Source of the DNA: a virus
IMG/VR virus record: IMGVR_UViG_3300046514_000338
Location: 10,937 to 74,936 of that record
Direction: 5' to 3' (one strand)
DNA: 64,000 bases
A model generated the notes under the pieces. It was not told the origin of the DNA. It made no database searches and was given only the letters and a program-made list of their open reading frames with translations. The position numbers and the translations under genes are program-made. Positions 17,248 to 28,378 of the stretch are shown here, piece after piece (the stretch's first letter is position 1; every line of letters starts with the position of its first letter).

Positions 17248-18855
17248 ATGCAAAAGAAAATTTTATTCGCAAAAGAAGCAAGAGAAAAATTAAAGAAAGG
17301 AGTTAACGTTATCGCTGACGCAGTATCGGTGACCCTTGGGGCTAGCGGCAAAAACGTTCTCATTGGGAACTCTTACACGCAGGATTATAATGTATTTCAT
17401 TTAAAAACGAGAGTAACGAAAGACGGCGTTACTGTTGCGCGGGAGGTTAATTTGATTGACCCCGCCGAGCACCGTGGCGTGATGATGCTCCGGGAAGCCT
17501 CGGAAAAAACAATGAGCCATGCAGGAGATGGGACTACATCAACAATTGTGCTTGCGAGGGCTATTGTTAACGAAGGGCTGGCATTAATTGAACGTGGCGC
17601 AAATTCTATGGAACTAAAAAGAGGTATTGATGCCGCCACTGAAGATGTGGTAGAGCAATTAAAGGCAATGGCTACTCCTATCGGGAATGACATTGAAAAG
17701 ATACGGCAGATTGCTACCATAGCCGCCAACAACGACACCAACATAGGTAACCTTATTGCAGAAGCCTATGCAAAAATTGGTAGTGATGGAGTAATCAATA
17801 TTGAAGAATCGCTTAGCGAAGTAACAGAAATAAAGGTTACTGAAGGAGTGAAGATTGATAGCGGATGGATTGTACCACATTTCAACACCAATAATCCGAG
17901 ACAAGAATGCGAACTAAATGACCCTATTATACTACTATACGAAAAATCAATAAGCAAAATAGCGCAGCTAAAACGAGTTGTTGAACATGCGGCATCAACT
18001 AGAAGACCGCTATTTATATGTTGCAATGATATGGATGGGGAAGCCCTTGCCTTTCTTATTGTAAACACCAAGCCGATGAATGGCAAATTGCCGGCATTAA
18101 ATGGGGCGTGTGTGATAAAAAACCCATCATTCGGCGCAGGCAGGATTGACGAAATGGAAGATTTGGCGGTATCAGTAGGAGCCACGTTTGTCTCTGACCT
18201 AAAAGGAATCGCTATTGAAAAAATGAGTCTTCAAAATCTAGGCGCGGCAAAAAAGATTATCATTTCCAAAGACCAAACCATCGTTATTGAAGGGGAGAAG
18301 GACGGAGATGTTTACGATGACCACATAAATAATCTAAAAATGAATCACGCCCAATCAGAAGGAGACGACAAGGATAAACTAGAAAAGAGAATCGCAAAAC
18401 TCACCGGCGGCATAGCGGTTATTTCAGTAGGCGGCGTAACAGAAGTTGAAATGAAGGAACGCAAAGACAGAGTTGATGACTCAATAAGGGCAACCAAGTC
18501 TGCTATTGCAGAGGGCTACCTTCCGGGAGCGGGAACTTCGCTTATAAGAGTTCATGAGCGGCCATATTTTCAGGATTCAGATTTCGATAAAGGACGCATG
18601 GCTTTATTCTGCTCATTAAAATCTCCGCTTATACAGATATGTGAGAACGGCGGTGCTGATGCAGGCGATGTGTTTAGTAAAGTTGTAAATGCGGAAGGGA
18701 GTGTTGGATATAACGCCGTAACTGGGAAAGTCGAAGACTTAGTGACTTCTGGCGTTATTGACCCACTAAAGGTGGTAAGAAACGCGCTTATTAATGCCGC
18801 ATCGGTAGCCGGTATGATTATAACATCTGAGTGCTTAATCGTTGATGATTATTAA
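17248..18855 (+). CDS. groEL: Phage-encoded chaperonin GroEL
   Basis: AVSVTLG..G.NV, TKDGVTVA, AGDGTTS, RIAKL.GG.AVI.VG..TEVEMKE.KDRVDD, GVIDP.KV.R.AL.NA.S; no GGM tail. Confidence 0.95.
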   Translation: MQKKILFAKEAREKLKKGVNVIADAVSVTLGASGKNVLIGNSYTQDYNVFHLKTRVTKDGVTVAREVNLIDPAEHRGVMMLREASEKTMSHAGDGTTSTIVLARAIVNEGLALIERGANSMELKRGIDAATEDVVEQLKAMATPIGNDIEKIRQIATIAANNDTNIGNLIAEAYAKIGSDGVINIEESLSEVTEIKVTEGVKIDSGWIVPHFNTNNPRQECELNDPIILLYEKSISKIAQLKRVVEHAASTRRPLFICCNDMDGEALAFLIVNTKPMNGKLPALNGACVIKNPSFGAGRIDEMEDLAVSVGATFVSDLKGIAIEKMSLQNLGAAKKIIISKDQTIVIEGEKDGDVYDDHINNLKMNHAQSEGDDKDKLEKRIAKLTGGIAVISVGGVTEVEMKERKDRVDDSIRATKSAIAEGYLPGAGTSLIRVHERPYFQDSDFDKGRMALFCSLKSPLIQICENGGADAGDVFSKVVNAEGSVGYNAVTGKVEDLVTSGVIDPLKVVRNALINAASVAGMIITSECLIVDDY

Positions 18856-18857
18856 TT

Positions 18858-19136
18858 ATGATTGAAACATTACAGGCAGTAAACACATTCGTTTTGATTG
18901 TTCGTGACGAAGAACAGTCGGAGATTGGCGGCCTCATCCTCCCAGACCAAGCCCAAGTAAGACCCGCTACCGGTAAAATTATTTCCGTTGGCGATAAAGT
19001 GACTGACAAAAACATTGAGGTTGGTAAAACAGGTGTATGGAATAAAAATGTAGGGTGGGAAATTGAGATAGGCGAACAATCACTAACCGTTATCTACGCC
19101 GGGGAAAAAGATTCACAACTAATCGCCGTATTCTGA
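18858..19136 (+). CDS. groES: Co-chaperonin GroES
   Basis: GGLILPD mobile loop; G.IISVG; follows groEL. Confidence 0.85.
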   Translation: MIETLQAVNTFVLIVRDEEQSEIGGLILPDQAQVRPATGKIISVGDKVTDKNIEVGKTGVWNKNVGWEIEIGEQSLTVIYAGEKDSQLIAVF

Positions 19137-19675
19137 TGCAGTCTGTTTGCGAAAAAATATTGGTGCAAGTTAATATGGAGCAAAAAGAATTTGCTGATAT
19201 TGGGGGTATTCCGTGTTTCCTTGCCACAAGCTATAACCCAAATCACAGGGAAAAGAACCCGGTATTAGCATTAGTGCTTCAAGGGAACGATGAGATTCCC
19301 GGTGGCTCACTCATCGTAACACACCACAATTATTTTATCGAATACTCTCCCTTTGAGGTGGCTGATGGAATATTTTCTATCCCATACACAGAAAATATCT
19401 TTGCGGTTATAGATAAAGACGGCAACCCAACTCCGGTATGTGGCAATATTATAGCAGAACGAATACAGGAGAATGAGTATATCGGCATGGCAAACCCAAA
19501 GCGACTTCACTTTCATGACCGCGCAAAAGTGGTATCTGATGCCTGCGGTTTTAAGACCGGGGATGAGATATTGATGCTCCCGTTTAGCGACTATGAAATA
19601 GTGTACAATTGGCGTGGTATTGAGCGTAGCGTTATTCGGGTCTATTCAAAAAATATAGTAGCTGTTGTGAAGTAG
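19136..19675 (+). CDS. GroES-like protein (possible tandem GroES fold)
   Basis: Two GroES-like halves (KILV...GG...G.L; G.K.GD.I......YEI.....I.AV); coupled to groES. Confidence 0.45.
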   Translation: MQSVCEKILVQVNMEQKEFADIGGIPCFLATSYNPNHREKNPVLALVLQGNDEIPGGSLIVTHHNYFIEYSPFEVADGIFSIPYTENIFAVIDKDGNPTPVCGNIIAERIQENEYIGMANPKRLHFHDRAKVVSDACGFKTGDEILMLPFSDYEIVYNWRGIERSVIRVYSKNIVAVVK

Positions 19676-19715
19676 CTAAAAAAGTGTATTTTTATTAAAA
19701 AATATCTAATATCCG

Positions 19716-22223
19716 ATGGCCGCCCCAACCGCAACTCAGAGCCAGCAGGACAATCCGCCGGCAAAATTCAACGATGTACTCCTTCAACTGGATTTTGACG
19801 ACCCGCGACAATTAACCAAAAAAGAAACGGGACAAAAAATTGCAGAGGCAATTTTTACTAATCAAACTAGCAACACGCATAGCCTTAATTTTTTTGTCGC
19901 AAGGGCAGCCCGCTTCCTGACATTAGAGCATTGGTCGAATGGTACGCAGGATATGACAGAGTTCTTAGACTTCTTCAATGTGTCTGATGGTAACAAAGCA
20001 TATCTTAAAATAGATATGTCACCTGTGATGGTAGGACCACAATTCGTCGGGACACTTGTGGATTCTATGTGCAAAACAGAGGAATACCCTTGCGTGAAAG
20101 CCGTGGATGAAGATAGCTTGGCCGAAAAACAAAAACGAAAACATGATGCGCTTTTTAGAATGCACGAAGTTGAAACAATAGATGCGGTGCAACAACAGTC
20201 GGGGATGCAACTAGAGCCTACCAACGCATATGTCCCAGATGACGAACTAGCAGCAGAAGTCTATTTTTCTCTACAAGACCAACTACCAAAAGAAATAAAC
20301 TTTGAAGAATATCTTACCCGCGCACTATTATATAATCAATACGACAGAGTGTTGAAGCCAAAGTTTATTCGCGACCTCATCGTAAATAACATCGAATGCA
20401 ATAAGATAGAGCGTGATATTTACGGCAAAAGAACTATAAGGAGGGTTGTTCCCAAAAACCTTATGTACAATTACTTCATAGGTGATACTGGCAGACTCGA
20501 ACTTCGTTATATAGGTGATGTATATAACATGAAAATTTGCGACATAAGAATTAAGTACGGAAGGTCAGACAACAGGCCGGATGGACTTACCGAACTTGAC
20601 CTATATAACCTTGCAAAATTTTCAACAGGGAATAACACCGGCATTGGATTTGCCTACCCGTGGCAACCTCAATATATGGTCTATGATAATCGTCGCCCTT
20701 GGGATGATAATAGTGTTTATATTTTCGACTTCGAGTACCGGGCAAATGAAACAGAGTATTATACAAATCGCGTTGATAGATTTGGCAAAGAGAACATTAC
20801 TCCAAAAAAAGGTAAGCCAGAGCCTACAGGAGATAAGACGAAAGTGTTATCAAAAGAAAAGGTGCGCTGGTATAACGGCATCTACGCTCCATATGCCAAG
20901 ATAATTATATACTGGGGACTGCCTGACCTAGTAATTTTCCCATATACTGATGTATATATGGGATTATCAAACTACACCATTAATATCCCGTTCAATAATG
21001 GCGAGTATGTGCCTGCTTTATTTGAAAGAGCAATGGAGCCATTAAAGGAGTATGCGCTCACGAAACTTAAACGCAAGCAACTTATATCAAAACTTCGTCC
21101 ATCCGGTATAAGGATTGACGTTGAAAGCGCCAGAAATATTGACCTTGGGAACGGTAATACTATATCATGGGAAGAAATAGTTAGGATATATGACCAGACC
21201 GGGAACGAACTATGGAGCAGCCTAGGAATAAACCCAAATGAACGGCAAATGCCCGCTCTTACCGCAACGGCGGTTGATGACACTATTATGAAGGTTGTGC
21301 AACTCACAAATGTTTTGCAAGCAAACATAATGGATATACGCTCATTATTGGGTGTTCCACTTTACCGTGATGGTAGTGATTTACCAGAGAGAACATCGGG
21401 GAAACAAGCAGAACTTCAAAACGCCTCTTCATTCAATGTGACTAGCTTCATTGAAAATGCCCATAATCAGTTTATGAGCGAAACATTGTATAAATTATGT
21501 TTGCTCGAATGGCAGGAAATAGTAACCACTAAGCCCGATTCTGCGCAAGACCTAATCAATACAAAGTTTGACGTATCTGTGAAAATGAAAATGACAGAAT
21601 ATGAAAAACAGTTAATGCAGCAGCGCATTCAAACGGCGATGCAGACAATAGACCAAGATACCGGGAAGCCGCTCATTTCGTTTAAAGACGCTTTCATGGT
21701 TGAACAAATCGACAACTTCAAACTCGCTTACAATTTTTTAGCCAACACAATAGCAGACAATGAACGAAAGGCAGAGATGGGCAGACAACAAAGGGAGCAA
21801 GCTAATGCAGATGCTCAACAGCAGACCGCTGCGCAATCGGCTGATGCTGAAAAGCAAATGCAGGCGGATAAAAATGAGGCAGAAAAAGATTTACTAGATT
21901 TTAAATCTACTAAGGATAAAGAATTAAAGGCTCTTGAAATTGCAGGGATGGTCGCCGCAAAAGGTCTTCCGTTACCCGATTTTATGCAGGCGATGATAAG
22001 TCAGTTAGTCCCGAACATAACTATCCCGCTAGCCCAAGAGAATAAGCAGATGGCGCAGGCGATTCAGGCGCAGGCAGCGGCAGAGCAGCAACAGGCTATA
22101 CAGGAACAAGCAATGCAGCAACAAGGACAGCAGCCGGGGCAGCCGCAACAACAGGATATGCAGCCGCAACAAGGTAACCCGCAAATGCAAAATCAGCAAC
22201 AGCCGCAAATGGCAATGGCGTAA
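19716..22223 (+). CDS. Portal protein
   Basis: 835 aa; YLKID.SPV.V.PQFV motif resembling Bacteroidota podovirus portals; IR..LG.P..RDGS; Gln-rich coiled C-terminus; position in the head module. Confidence 0.8.
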   Translation: MAAPTATQSQQDNPPAKFNDVLLQLDFDDPRQLTKKETGQKIAEAIFTNQTSNTHSLNFFVARAARFLTLEHWSNGTQDMTEFLDFFNVSDGNKAYLKIDMSPVMVGPQFVGTLVDSMCKTEEYPCVKAVDEDSLAEKQKRKHDALFRMHEVETIDAVQQQSGMQLEPTNAYVPDDELAAEVYFSLQDQLPKEINFEEYLTRALLYNQYDRVLKPKFIRDLIVNNIECNKIERDIYGKRTIRRVVPKNLMYNYFIGDTGRLELRYIGDVYNMKICDIRIKYGRSDNRPDGLTELDLYNLAKFSTGNNTGIGFAYPWQPQYMVYDNRRPWDDNSVYIFDFEYRANETEYYTNRVDRFGKENITPKKGKPEPTGDKTKVLSKEKVRWYNGIYAPYAKIIIYWGLPDLVIFPYTDVYMGLSNYTINIPFNNGEYVPALFERAMEPLKEYALTKLKRKQLISKLRPSGIRIDVESARNIDLGNGNTISWEEIVRIYDQTGNELWSSLGINPNERQMPALTATAVDDTIMKVVQLTNVLQANIMDIRSLLGVPLYRDGSDLPERTSGKQAELQNASSFNVTSFIENAHNQFMSETLYKLCLLEWQEIVTTKPDSAQDLINTKFDVSVKMKMTEYEKQLMQQRIQTAMQTIDQDTGKPLISFKDAFMVEQIDNFKLAYNFLANTIADNERKAEMGRQQREQANADAQQQTAAQSADAEKQMQADKNEAEKDLLDFKSTKDKELKALEIAGMVAAKGLPLPDFMQAMISQLVPNITIPLAQENKQMAQAIQAQAAAEQQQAIQEQAMQQQGQQPGQPQQQDMQPQQGNPQMQNQQQPQMAMA

Positions 22224-22228
22224 ATAAA

Positions 22229-22372
22229 ATGTATAGGGGAATGTCCAATGAATACTTTGAAGGTTGTGGTGAGATATTTTTTGTCATCGAATATTTGCGG
22301 TGTAAAAATGTTTGTGTAATATTTATTGACCATGAAGCATACGGGGAAGTGTTCCCAATCATCCTAAACTAA
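22229..22372 (+). CDS. Possible 47 aa hypothetical protein (below ORF-track cutoff)
   Basis: MYRGMSNEY...PIILN fills the gap between portal and the next gene. Confidence 0.35.
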   Translation: MYRGMSNEYFEGCGEIFFVIEYLRCKNVCVIFIDHEAYGEVFPIILN

Positions 22373-22380
22373 AAATAATC

Positions 22381-22581
22381 ATGAAAGTAAGACTTAAAAA
22401 AACCGCTCCCGGTCAGAAAACTATAACCTTCAACAAAGGCGGCTTGCATGAATCAACCGGAACGCCACAGGGTCAGCCTATTCCTGCCGCGAAAAAAGAA
22501 GAAGCACTCGAAGGAGAACTTGGTAAGAAAGCCAAAATGCAAGCATTGTTCGCCCGTAATGTCCTTACCGGAAAGAAATAA
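22381..22581 (+). CDS. Small basic phage protein
   Basis: KGGLH...G.P.G..IP..K...A...G..AK.A.FA pattern common in head modules. Confidence 0.65.
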   Translation: MKVRLKKTAPGQKTITFNKGGLHESTGTPQGQPIPAAKKEEALEGELGKKAKMQALFARNVLTGKK

Positions 22582-24671
22582 TGGCCTGCCAAGAGATACA
22601 GGGGATTAATGTTTTCTGGCGAGACCTGCGCGATGGCGAAAGCATTTTGTATGAAAACCTTTCCCGCGAGGAACAATTTTTCCGCCGCGTGGAATCGCCA
22701 TTTACAGAAGACGAACTAGATGACCTAGTTGAAATATCCTATGATGAACGCTCCAAGCATTACACTCCAAAACAAAAAGATTGGGTAGATAGAGAAGAAA
22801 AGCGCATGACCTACGGCGAAGGTGTGTATGCGTATATTAACGGCATCCTGACATACATTCCCGCATCATATTGGGGATATATAAATCATTGGACACTTGA
22901 ACATGGCGAAAAGCCTGACTACCGTGAGGCCGACAGAAGATTTTTTGTATTCATGGAGTATATATGCTTCGAGACAGAGGTGCTAGGTATAACAAGAGGG
23001 AAAGGTAGAAGACAGGGTGCCACATCGCTAGGTTACTATTGGCAGTGGTGGATATGCGGGAGAGAGAAAGATAAAATTGGCGGCTCAATTTCCTATAACG
23101 ATGAAATCGCCCAAAAGAATTTTAAGGGAATGTTTATGCGCGGCTTCAGGGAGATGCTTACTTGTTTTTTGAGGGACTTCGATAGCGCCGGAGAAAATTT
23201 CGTCAGCTTCAGAAAAAAGTCACCAACAGGAACAAAGAAAGGAGTGATGCGGAAAAGACAGGGGCTTAATAGCTTCGTTGATTATCTTTCAAACTCAGTG
23301 AATAGCTATGATGGCGGGAGAGTATCGTTTTTACTTCCCGACGAAACAGGTAAGTATGCTAAGATGAACATTAATACCTATTGGTCAAAAGTGTCCCCAA
23401 CACTTAAGATAGGTAGAAAAAAAGTAGGGTTTGCTTACATGCCAACCACGGTTAATCCAAAAAAATTAGGTGGAGAAAATTTCAGGCAATTTTGGAATGA
23501 TGCCAACCAATTCGCGGTTAACCCAAATACAAAAGAACCTTACGGCCTGAATACGCCGCATAAGGTCATTCGATATTTTGTCCCCGCTACTGAGGGGTAT
23601 GTTGGGTGTATAGATAAGTTTGGCGCTTCTGTGATAGAAGACCCAGTGGAACCAATCATGGGCAATGACGGAGAGTGGATTACCGAAGGGTCTCGCTCGG
23701 TAATATTAAGGGACAGGGCACCGAAAAAAGACGATCAGTTGATGGAGCATAGACGAGATTTCCCGCTTACAGAGTTAGAGATGTTTGCCTTTGAGATGGG
23801 AGTGTGCGAGTTTGATTATGACAGGTTGTATGAGCAACTAACAACACTTGAATCAGAGCCTCCATATTTAAGACGGGTAAGATTAATTGAGCACAACGAG
23901 GTTACAAAGGCCGTTATCCCTAACGGGAAGGATAGAAAAAAAAGATGGGTGTCATTCATGGACGACGATGCGGGTAATTGGCTTATTTTAGAAGCACCGT
24001 CAACCCCAAATAAATTCGACTATTTTGGTGATGTTATTTCCCCAAGGAATACGCATGAGTACGCTGCGGGTGTAGATACATTCAGAATTGGATTTGCCGA
24101 AGATGGCTCCAAAGGAACGATTTGTATTTTCAAAAAATCACGAAAGGTAAATGGCGTTGAAGAGGGGAATTACCCAGTAGCATTATATGTTGGTCGCCCT
24201 CGGCTGATACAATTTTTATACGACGAAGTGATAAAAGTTTGCATGTGGTACGGCTGCAAAGTAAATTTTGAGATAAGCGCAGGTGACTTTTTCTACGGCT
24301 ACTTTTACGAAAAACATTGCAGCAATCTTTTGTACTGGACTCCCGCTCTTGACCCAAACAAACCTCACCCAAAGTTAAAACCCGGAACAGAAAGCGCATC
24401 TCCTTTTGAACTAGCGGCTCAACTTGAAGCAGCTAAGATATTTTTTGATGGTAACGACCCGGTAAGCTACAATGGACATTGCCACAGAGTTAAATTTCCA
24501 ACGTTAATCAGGCAGGCTATGGAGTATGACCATTCGGCTAGAACACCCTATGATGAAATGATTTCTTTAATGATGGCGCTGTTGCCCGTACTGAAGCCAA
24601 GGTCATTTGATAAACCTCAAACAAAACCAATAAAACTGCTACCAACGTATAAGATAAAAAAGTATGCGTAA
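22581..24671 (+). CDS. terL: Terminase large subunit
   Basis: Walker A KGRRQGAT; Walker B LLPDETGK; PTT coupling motif; RNase H-like AGVD...D; C-terminal YDEMIS. Confidence 0.9.
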   Translation: MACQEIQGINVFWRDLRDGESILYENLSREEQFFRRVESPFTEDELDDLVEISYDERSKHYTPKQKDWVDREEKRMTYGEGVYAYINGILTYIPASYWGYINHWTLEHGEKPDYREADRRFFVFMEYICFETEVLGITRGKGRRQGATSLGYYWQWWICGREKDKIGGSISYNDEIAQKNFKGMFMRGFREMLTCFLRDFDSAGENFVSFRKKSPTGTKKGVMRKRQGLNSFVDYLSNSVNSYDGGRVSFLLPDETGKYAKMNINTYWSKVSPTLKIGRKKVGFAYMPTTVNPKKLGGENFRQFWNDANQFAVNPNTKEPYGLNTPHKVIRYFVPATEGYVGCIDKFGASVIEDPVEPIMGNDGEWITEGSRSVILRDRAPKKDDQLMEHRRDFPLTELEMFAFEMGVCEFDYDRLYEQLTTLESEPPYLRRVRLIEHNEVTKAVIPNGKDRKKRWVSFMDDDAGNWLILEAPSTPNKFDYFGDVISPRNTHEYAAGVDTFRIGFAEDGSKGTICIFKKSRKVNGVEEGNYPVALYVGRPRLIQFLYDEVIKVCMWYGCKVNFEISAGDFFYGYFYEKHCSNLLYWTPALDPNKPHPKLKPGTESASPFELAAQLEAAKIFFDGNDPVSYNGHCHRVKFPTLIRQAMEYDHSARTPYDEMISLMMALLPVLKPRSFDKPQTKPIKLLPTYKIKKYA

Positions 24672-24729
24672 AAAAATTTTGAAGATTTCTAATAAAAAGA
24701 TATAATTTTACGAAAACGTCAATATCATT

Positions 24730-25926
24730 ATGGCCGAAACCGCTGAAGTTGTTCAGGAACCAACGCAAGAACAATTAGTCGCAAAGCAGGAATTTGAGAA
24801 TCACATGGCGATGGCTTTTAACGAGCCACTAAAAACACCGCCTACTGCAACGGCAACCGCTGCCGATACTTCAGTTACGCAAACACCCGCTGCCGGCTCA
24901 GCAGCAGTAACTCCCGGCGATGATACAGAAGTTTTAGACTATGAGGCCGCTCTTAAAAATGATTTTGGTTGGGAATCTACAGAGCAAGCACTAGCTGAAA
25001 TAACAGAACTACGCGCATTAAAAGAAAAACCACAAACACCTGAAATTGCTTGGGCTGATGACCAAAGCAAACAGATACACGAACTCATCCGTCAGGGCAA
25101 AAGAAAAGAGGTTCGTGAGTTCCTAGAAACACAGGAACGACTCGAAGCGTTTACCACAGGTGACGTTACAAAAGATAATGCTCCCGAAATTATTAAACTA
25201 GGTATGAAACTTGGGAACAAGTTGCTTACTGATGACGAAATACACTTTCAATATAAGCAGGACTACGGAGTGCCGAAAGAACCTGTGCAGAAAGCGATAG
25301 AGGAAGATGATGATTTTGCAGAGCGTCACCAAGAGTGGAAGGACAGGGTTGCCGCTATTGAGATGAAGAAAATTGTGGCCGCTAAAATGGCCGTTCCGCA
25401 ATTACAATCACTTAAATCAAAAATTGAACTACCAGAAATTATATCGCCGAAAGATGACCGACAAAAGGAATTTGAAGCCATTGAAGCAAGTAATGCACAG
25501 GCTTTGGAAGCCTATAACAAAGTTATCGCACCGGCCATTAATTCTCTTAAGGAATCTGACCTTAAGTTCACTGTAAAAGTTGATGACCCCAATAATAAGA
25601 TGCAATTTGAAGTTTCGGTTGCACCTGAATCGGACGACTTCAACTTAGTGAAACAAGAATCCCTTGACACATTCGGGTGGCTGAATAAAATCGCATTCGA
25701 TGAAAAGGGGAATTTTTTACCGCAACGACTCAACCGCGCAATCCTTCTCGAAAAGAACTTTGACAAGTTTGCCCAAAGTATCGCCCGACAAGCGGTTAAT
25801 GCTGAAAGAGCAAGATTAGTTGCAGCCAATTCAAATCAAAAAGGAAACGGGATGCGTGATTTTAACGTAACCCCGCAAGAAAAGAGTGAATTGGCATCGC
25901 AGATGGAAAGAGCAATGTCTGTGTAG
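24730..25926 (+). CDS. Probable head scaffolding protein
   Basis: Acidic helical protein directly upstream of the capsid gene. Confidence 0.65.
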   Translation: MAETAEVVQEPTQEQLVAKQEFENHMAMAFNEPLKTPPTATATAADTSVTQTPAAGSAAVTPGDDTEVLDYEAALKNDFGWESTEQALAEITELRALKEKPQTPEIAWADDQSKQIHELIRQGKRKEVREFLETQERLEAFTTGDVTKDNAPEIIKLGMKLGNKLLTDDEIHFQYKQDYGVPKEPVQKAIEEDDDFAERHQEWKDRVAAIEMKKIVAAKMAVPQLQSLKSKIELPEIISPKDDRQKEFEAIEASNAQALEAYNKVIAPAINSLKESDLKFTVKVDDPNNKMQFEVSVAPESDDFNLVKQESLDTFGWLNKIAFDEKGNFLPQRLNRAILLEKNFDKFAQSIARQAVNAERARLVAANSNQKGNGMRDFNVTPQEKSELASQMERAMSV

Positions 25927-25971
25927 GGCAATAAGTGGTATTAATTAATTTATTTAAACATTTAATCCATC

Positions 25972-27381
25972 ATGGCAACACCCGGAATATATAGGGGTGC
26001 TACGGGCGCACCCGGTACTGTTGCATACCCAAGTGGTATTACAACTGGTATTTTCAACGAATTAAATTTCGTCATCCCCGATTATATACCTCAACTTATC
26101 GCAAAGTATGGCAATGATTCATACATGCTGGTAAGTGAGATTTTAGGTCGTAGTACGGTGGAAGAAGCCTCTACTACTACAAATACCTATTCGCACTTTG
26201 AGCGTGGCCGTCTTTTCGGAGTCGGCATCAACCTCAATAGCGTTGGAGGTTTGACTTCAGGTAGCGCAGCATCAATCACATTTAAGTCGCCCGACTCTTA
26301 TGTGGATGCAGCCGGAACGCAATCGGCTTTCCTCAACAACCAAACGGTTAAACTCCGGTCAAATGGTAAAAAGGCAACAATCTCCGCTATCTCCCGCGCT
26401 TCTGCCGGAGCATTTACGGCTACATTAACACCCACGGGTGCGTATGTACTTAACTCCGGTTCTTCTGGTACCGTTCTGCTTGCTGGTGAAGGTTTGGAAA
26501 CTTTCGGTAACCAACTTGCGGGTGAATCTTCCGATTCACAAGGTACGCAGCAACCAAAGTTGTATCGTTACGACAATACAGCAACCGTACTTCGCGCCTC
26601 TGTAAAGTCATCTGACCTTACAGGGATGAATAAGACCCAAATCGACTTTGGTGACGGCAACAACTATGAACCATATCTTGCTGTAAAGGCGATGAACATG
26701 CAGATGATGGTTTCAATCGAAGATGCCGTTTTAGAAGGCGTACCTTATGCCAATACTGCGAATATCGGCACAGTTGGTATCATCCCCGATGTTACAGCAA
26801 GAGGAACAGAAGTTGACTACAACCAATACAACTTCACGGTAGGTGATTTCCAAAACATGACTCGTGTGTGGGACTACAATGGCGGTCCAAAAGAATATCA
26901 CGGTGTTCAGGAAATTCAGCAACGCCAAGACATTAACCGCACCTTGTTTGGTCTTTATCCAAATGGTGCCATCAGTTACGGAAGTGTTGGGTACAACCAA
27001 GAGGCATCTGTCTCTTACGGGTTCCAATCCTTCGCAACCGATACATACGCCATCCATTTTCACCGCTACAAAGGGTTCTCTGCACCTTCAGTTTTTGGTT
27101 ATCAACCAACGGTAGGTGACTACCGCGCATTCTTCGGGCTTTTTGCTCCACAGGGCATGGTGGCCGATGCGAAATTGAATGCTAGCCGTCCCTACATGCA
27201 GTGGGTGTATCAGCGTAACCCGGATATTCCTGCCGGAATGAAAATTTACAGTTGGGAACTTGGTTATACCAAGGCAACAAAGACAACGGAAGCATCCAAC
27301 AAGTATGAGCAGATAGCATACGTTGGTAGCCGTACAGTCGCAGCCGAGCAGTTTACAATACTTAAAGGGTTGGCGGCCTAA
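25972..27381 (+). CDS. Major capsid protein
   Basis: 469 aa; PDY...L..KYG and HFERGRL N-terminal motifs; GFQSF; strong codon bias; followed by a terminator. Confidence 0.8.
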   Translation: MATPGIYRGATGAPGTVAYPSGITTGIFNELNFVIPDYIPQLIAKYGNDSYMLVSEILGRSTVEEASTTTNTYSHFERGRLFGVGINLNSVGGLTSGSAASITFKSPDSYVDAAGTQSAFLNNQTVKLRSNGKKATISAISRASAGAFTATLTPTGAYVLNSGSSGTVLLAGEGLETFGNQLAGESSDSQGTQQPKLYRYDNTATVLRASVKSSDLTGMNKTQIDFGDGNNYEPYLAVKAMNMQMMVSIEDAVLEGVPYANTANIGTVGIIPDVTARGTEVDYNQYNFTVGDFQNMTRVWDYNGGPKEYHGVQEIQQRQDINRTLFGLYPNGAISYGSVGYNQEASVSYGFQSFATDTYAIHFHRYKGFSAPSVFGYQPTVGDYRAFFGLFAPQGMVADAKLNASRPYMQWVYQRNPDIPAGMKIYSWELGYTKATKTTEASNKYEQIAYVGSRTVAAEQFTILKGLAA

Positions 27382-27392
27382 CATTTTCTAAC

Positions 27393-27420
27393 AAGCGGGG
27401 GATTTATGTCTCCCGCTTTT
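27393..27420 (+). terminator. Intrinsic terminator after the capsid gene
   Basis: AAGCGGGGGA-TTTATG-TCTCCCGCTT followed by TT. Confidence 0.75.
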
Positions 27421-27430
27421 AAACTTTTTT

Positions 27431-28351
27431 ATGGCAACGAAAAACGCTACACTAGATTTACAGGACACTATTATTGATTTGGAACCAAAAAAACACACCT
27501 ATGTTCTTTCACAAGAACTAGACAAAAGGGGGATGGTCTATGATGAGCATAACCGGCCACGCGCAGACCAGAAATACCCGAAGCAGCGGAACCTTATGCT
27601 TCGTAGTTCTATCGTATGGAAGGGAGGTGCAGACCCATTCTCAAAGAAAGAACGTCAAAGAGGGCGATACCTTATTCGCTATTACGATGGATGCTCAACA
27701 TTATTCATCGACGACCAACCAAAGGACAAAGAGACTATTGAGCAGCTTATAAGGAGCACACGGGATTTGTTTTTCCAAAACGGTTACCTGCACATTTATG
27801 ATTACGATACCATGCTTGTAACTTATATGGATTGGTGTAGTTGGAATGAAGACAGTCCATACAAGGTATCGACGATTGATTCGTCTTTCAGGAAACTAGA
27901 CCCTGAAAGAGAACATGAACTAGAAGGTGCTTCGGTTGATGAGGTTGAGAAGGCTCTTAAGATTGCAGGCTCGGCAGATGAAAAAAGGATGATGATACAT
28001 TCCCGGTTCCTAGAAGTTCCGATGATTGACCATCGCACAGGACAGCCGTTTAGCCCTAAAGCAATCCGCGTAGAATACCGGAAAACTGCAATGAACAACA
28101 CGAAAAAATTTCTTGAAACATATAATGATAAGTCCCTTGCTTATCGGTTCTGGATTGAAAAGGCACTTGATAACAGTGATATTAATACGACGATTGTGCC
28201 AAACCAAGCGGCATGGGGGAAGAAAGGAAAAGTTATTTGCGATATTTCTGGGCTTAAAGAGCGGGCGCTTATCTTAAACAAACTCGTAGAATTTTCGCAG
28301 AGTGAAGAAGGTATTGGTTTTAAGGAGGAACTGCAACAACTTTACAGTTAG
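27431..28351 (+). CDS. Conserved capsid-adjacent protein of unknown function
   Basis: IRY...S.LF.D.Q and F.NG.L motifs; position after the capsid gene. Confidence 0.6.
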   Translation: MATKNATLDLQDTIIDLEPKKHTYVLSQELDKRGMVYDEHNRPRADQKYPKQRNLMLRSSIVWKGGADPFSKKERQRGRYLIRYYDGCSTLFIDDQPKDKETIEQLIRSTRDLFFQNGYLHIYDYDTMLVTYMDWCSWNEDSPYKVSTIDSSFRKLDPEREHELEGASVDEVEKALKIAGSADEKRMMIHSRFLEVPMIDHRTGQPFSPKAIRVEYRKTAMNNTKKFLETYNDKSLAYRFWIEKALDNSDINTTIVPNQAAWGKKGKVICDISGLKERALILNKLVEFSQSEEGIGFKEELQQLYS

Positions 28352-28378
28352 TCGCTAACGGTGATATTATATACAGCA

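Noticed and set aside
17248-19136. Host chromosomal groEL-groES indicating a prophage boundary or contamination
   Set aside because: Divergent sequence, reversed gene order, no GGM tail, and embedded among phage genes
22050-22223. CAG/CAA-rich stretch as a separate repeat element
   Set aside because: It encodes the low-complexity Gln-rich portal tail, which is common
22581-24671. Intein or intron in terminase (also checked primase-helicase and capsid)
   Set aside because: Normal lengths, continuous motifs, no C/S...HN-C/S/T intein ends
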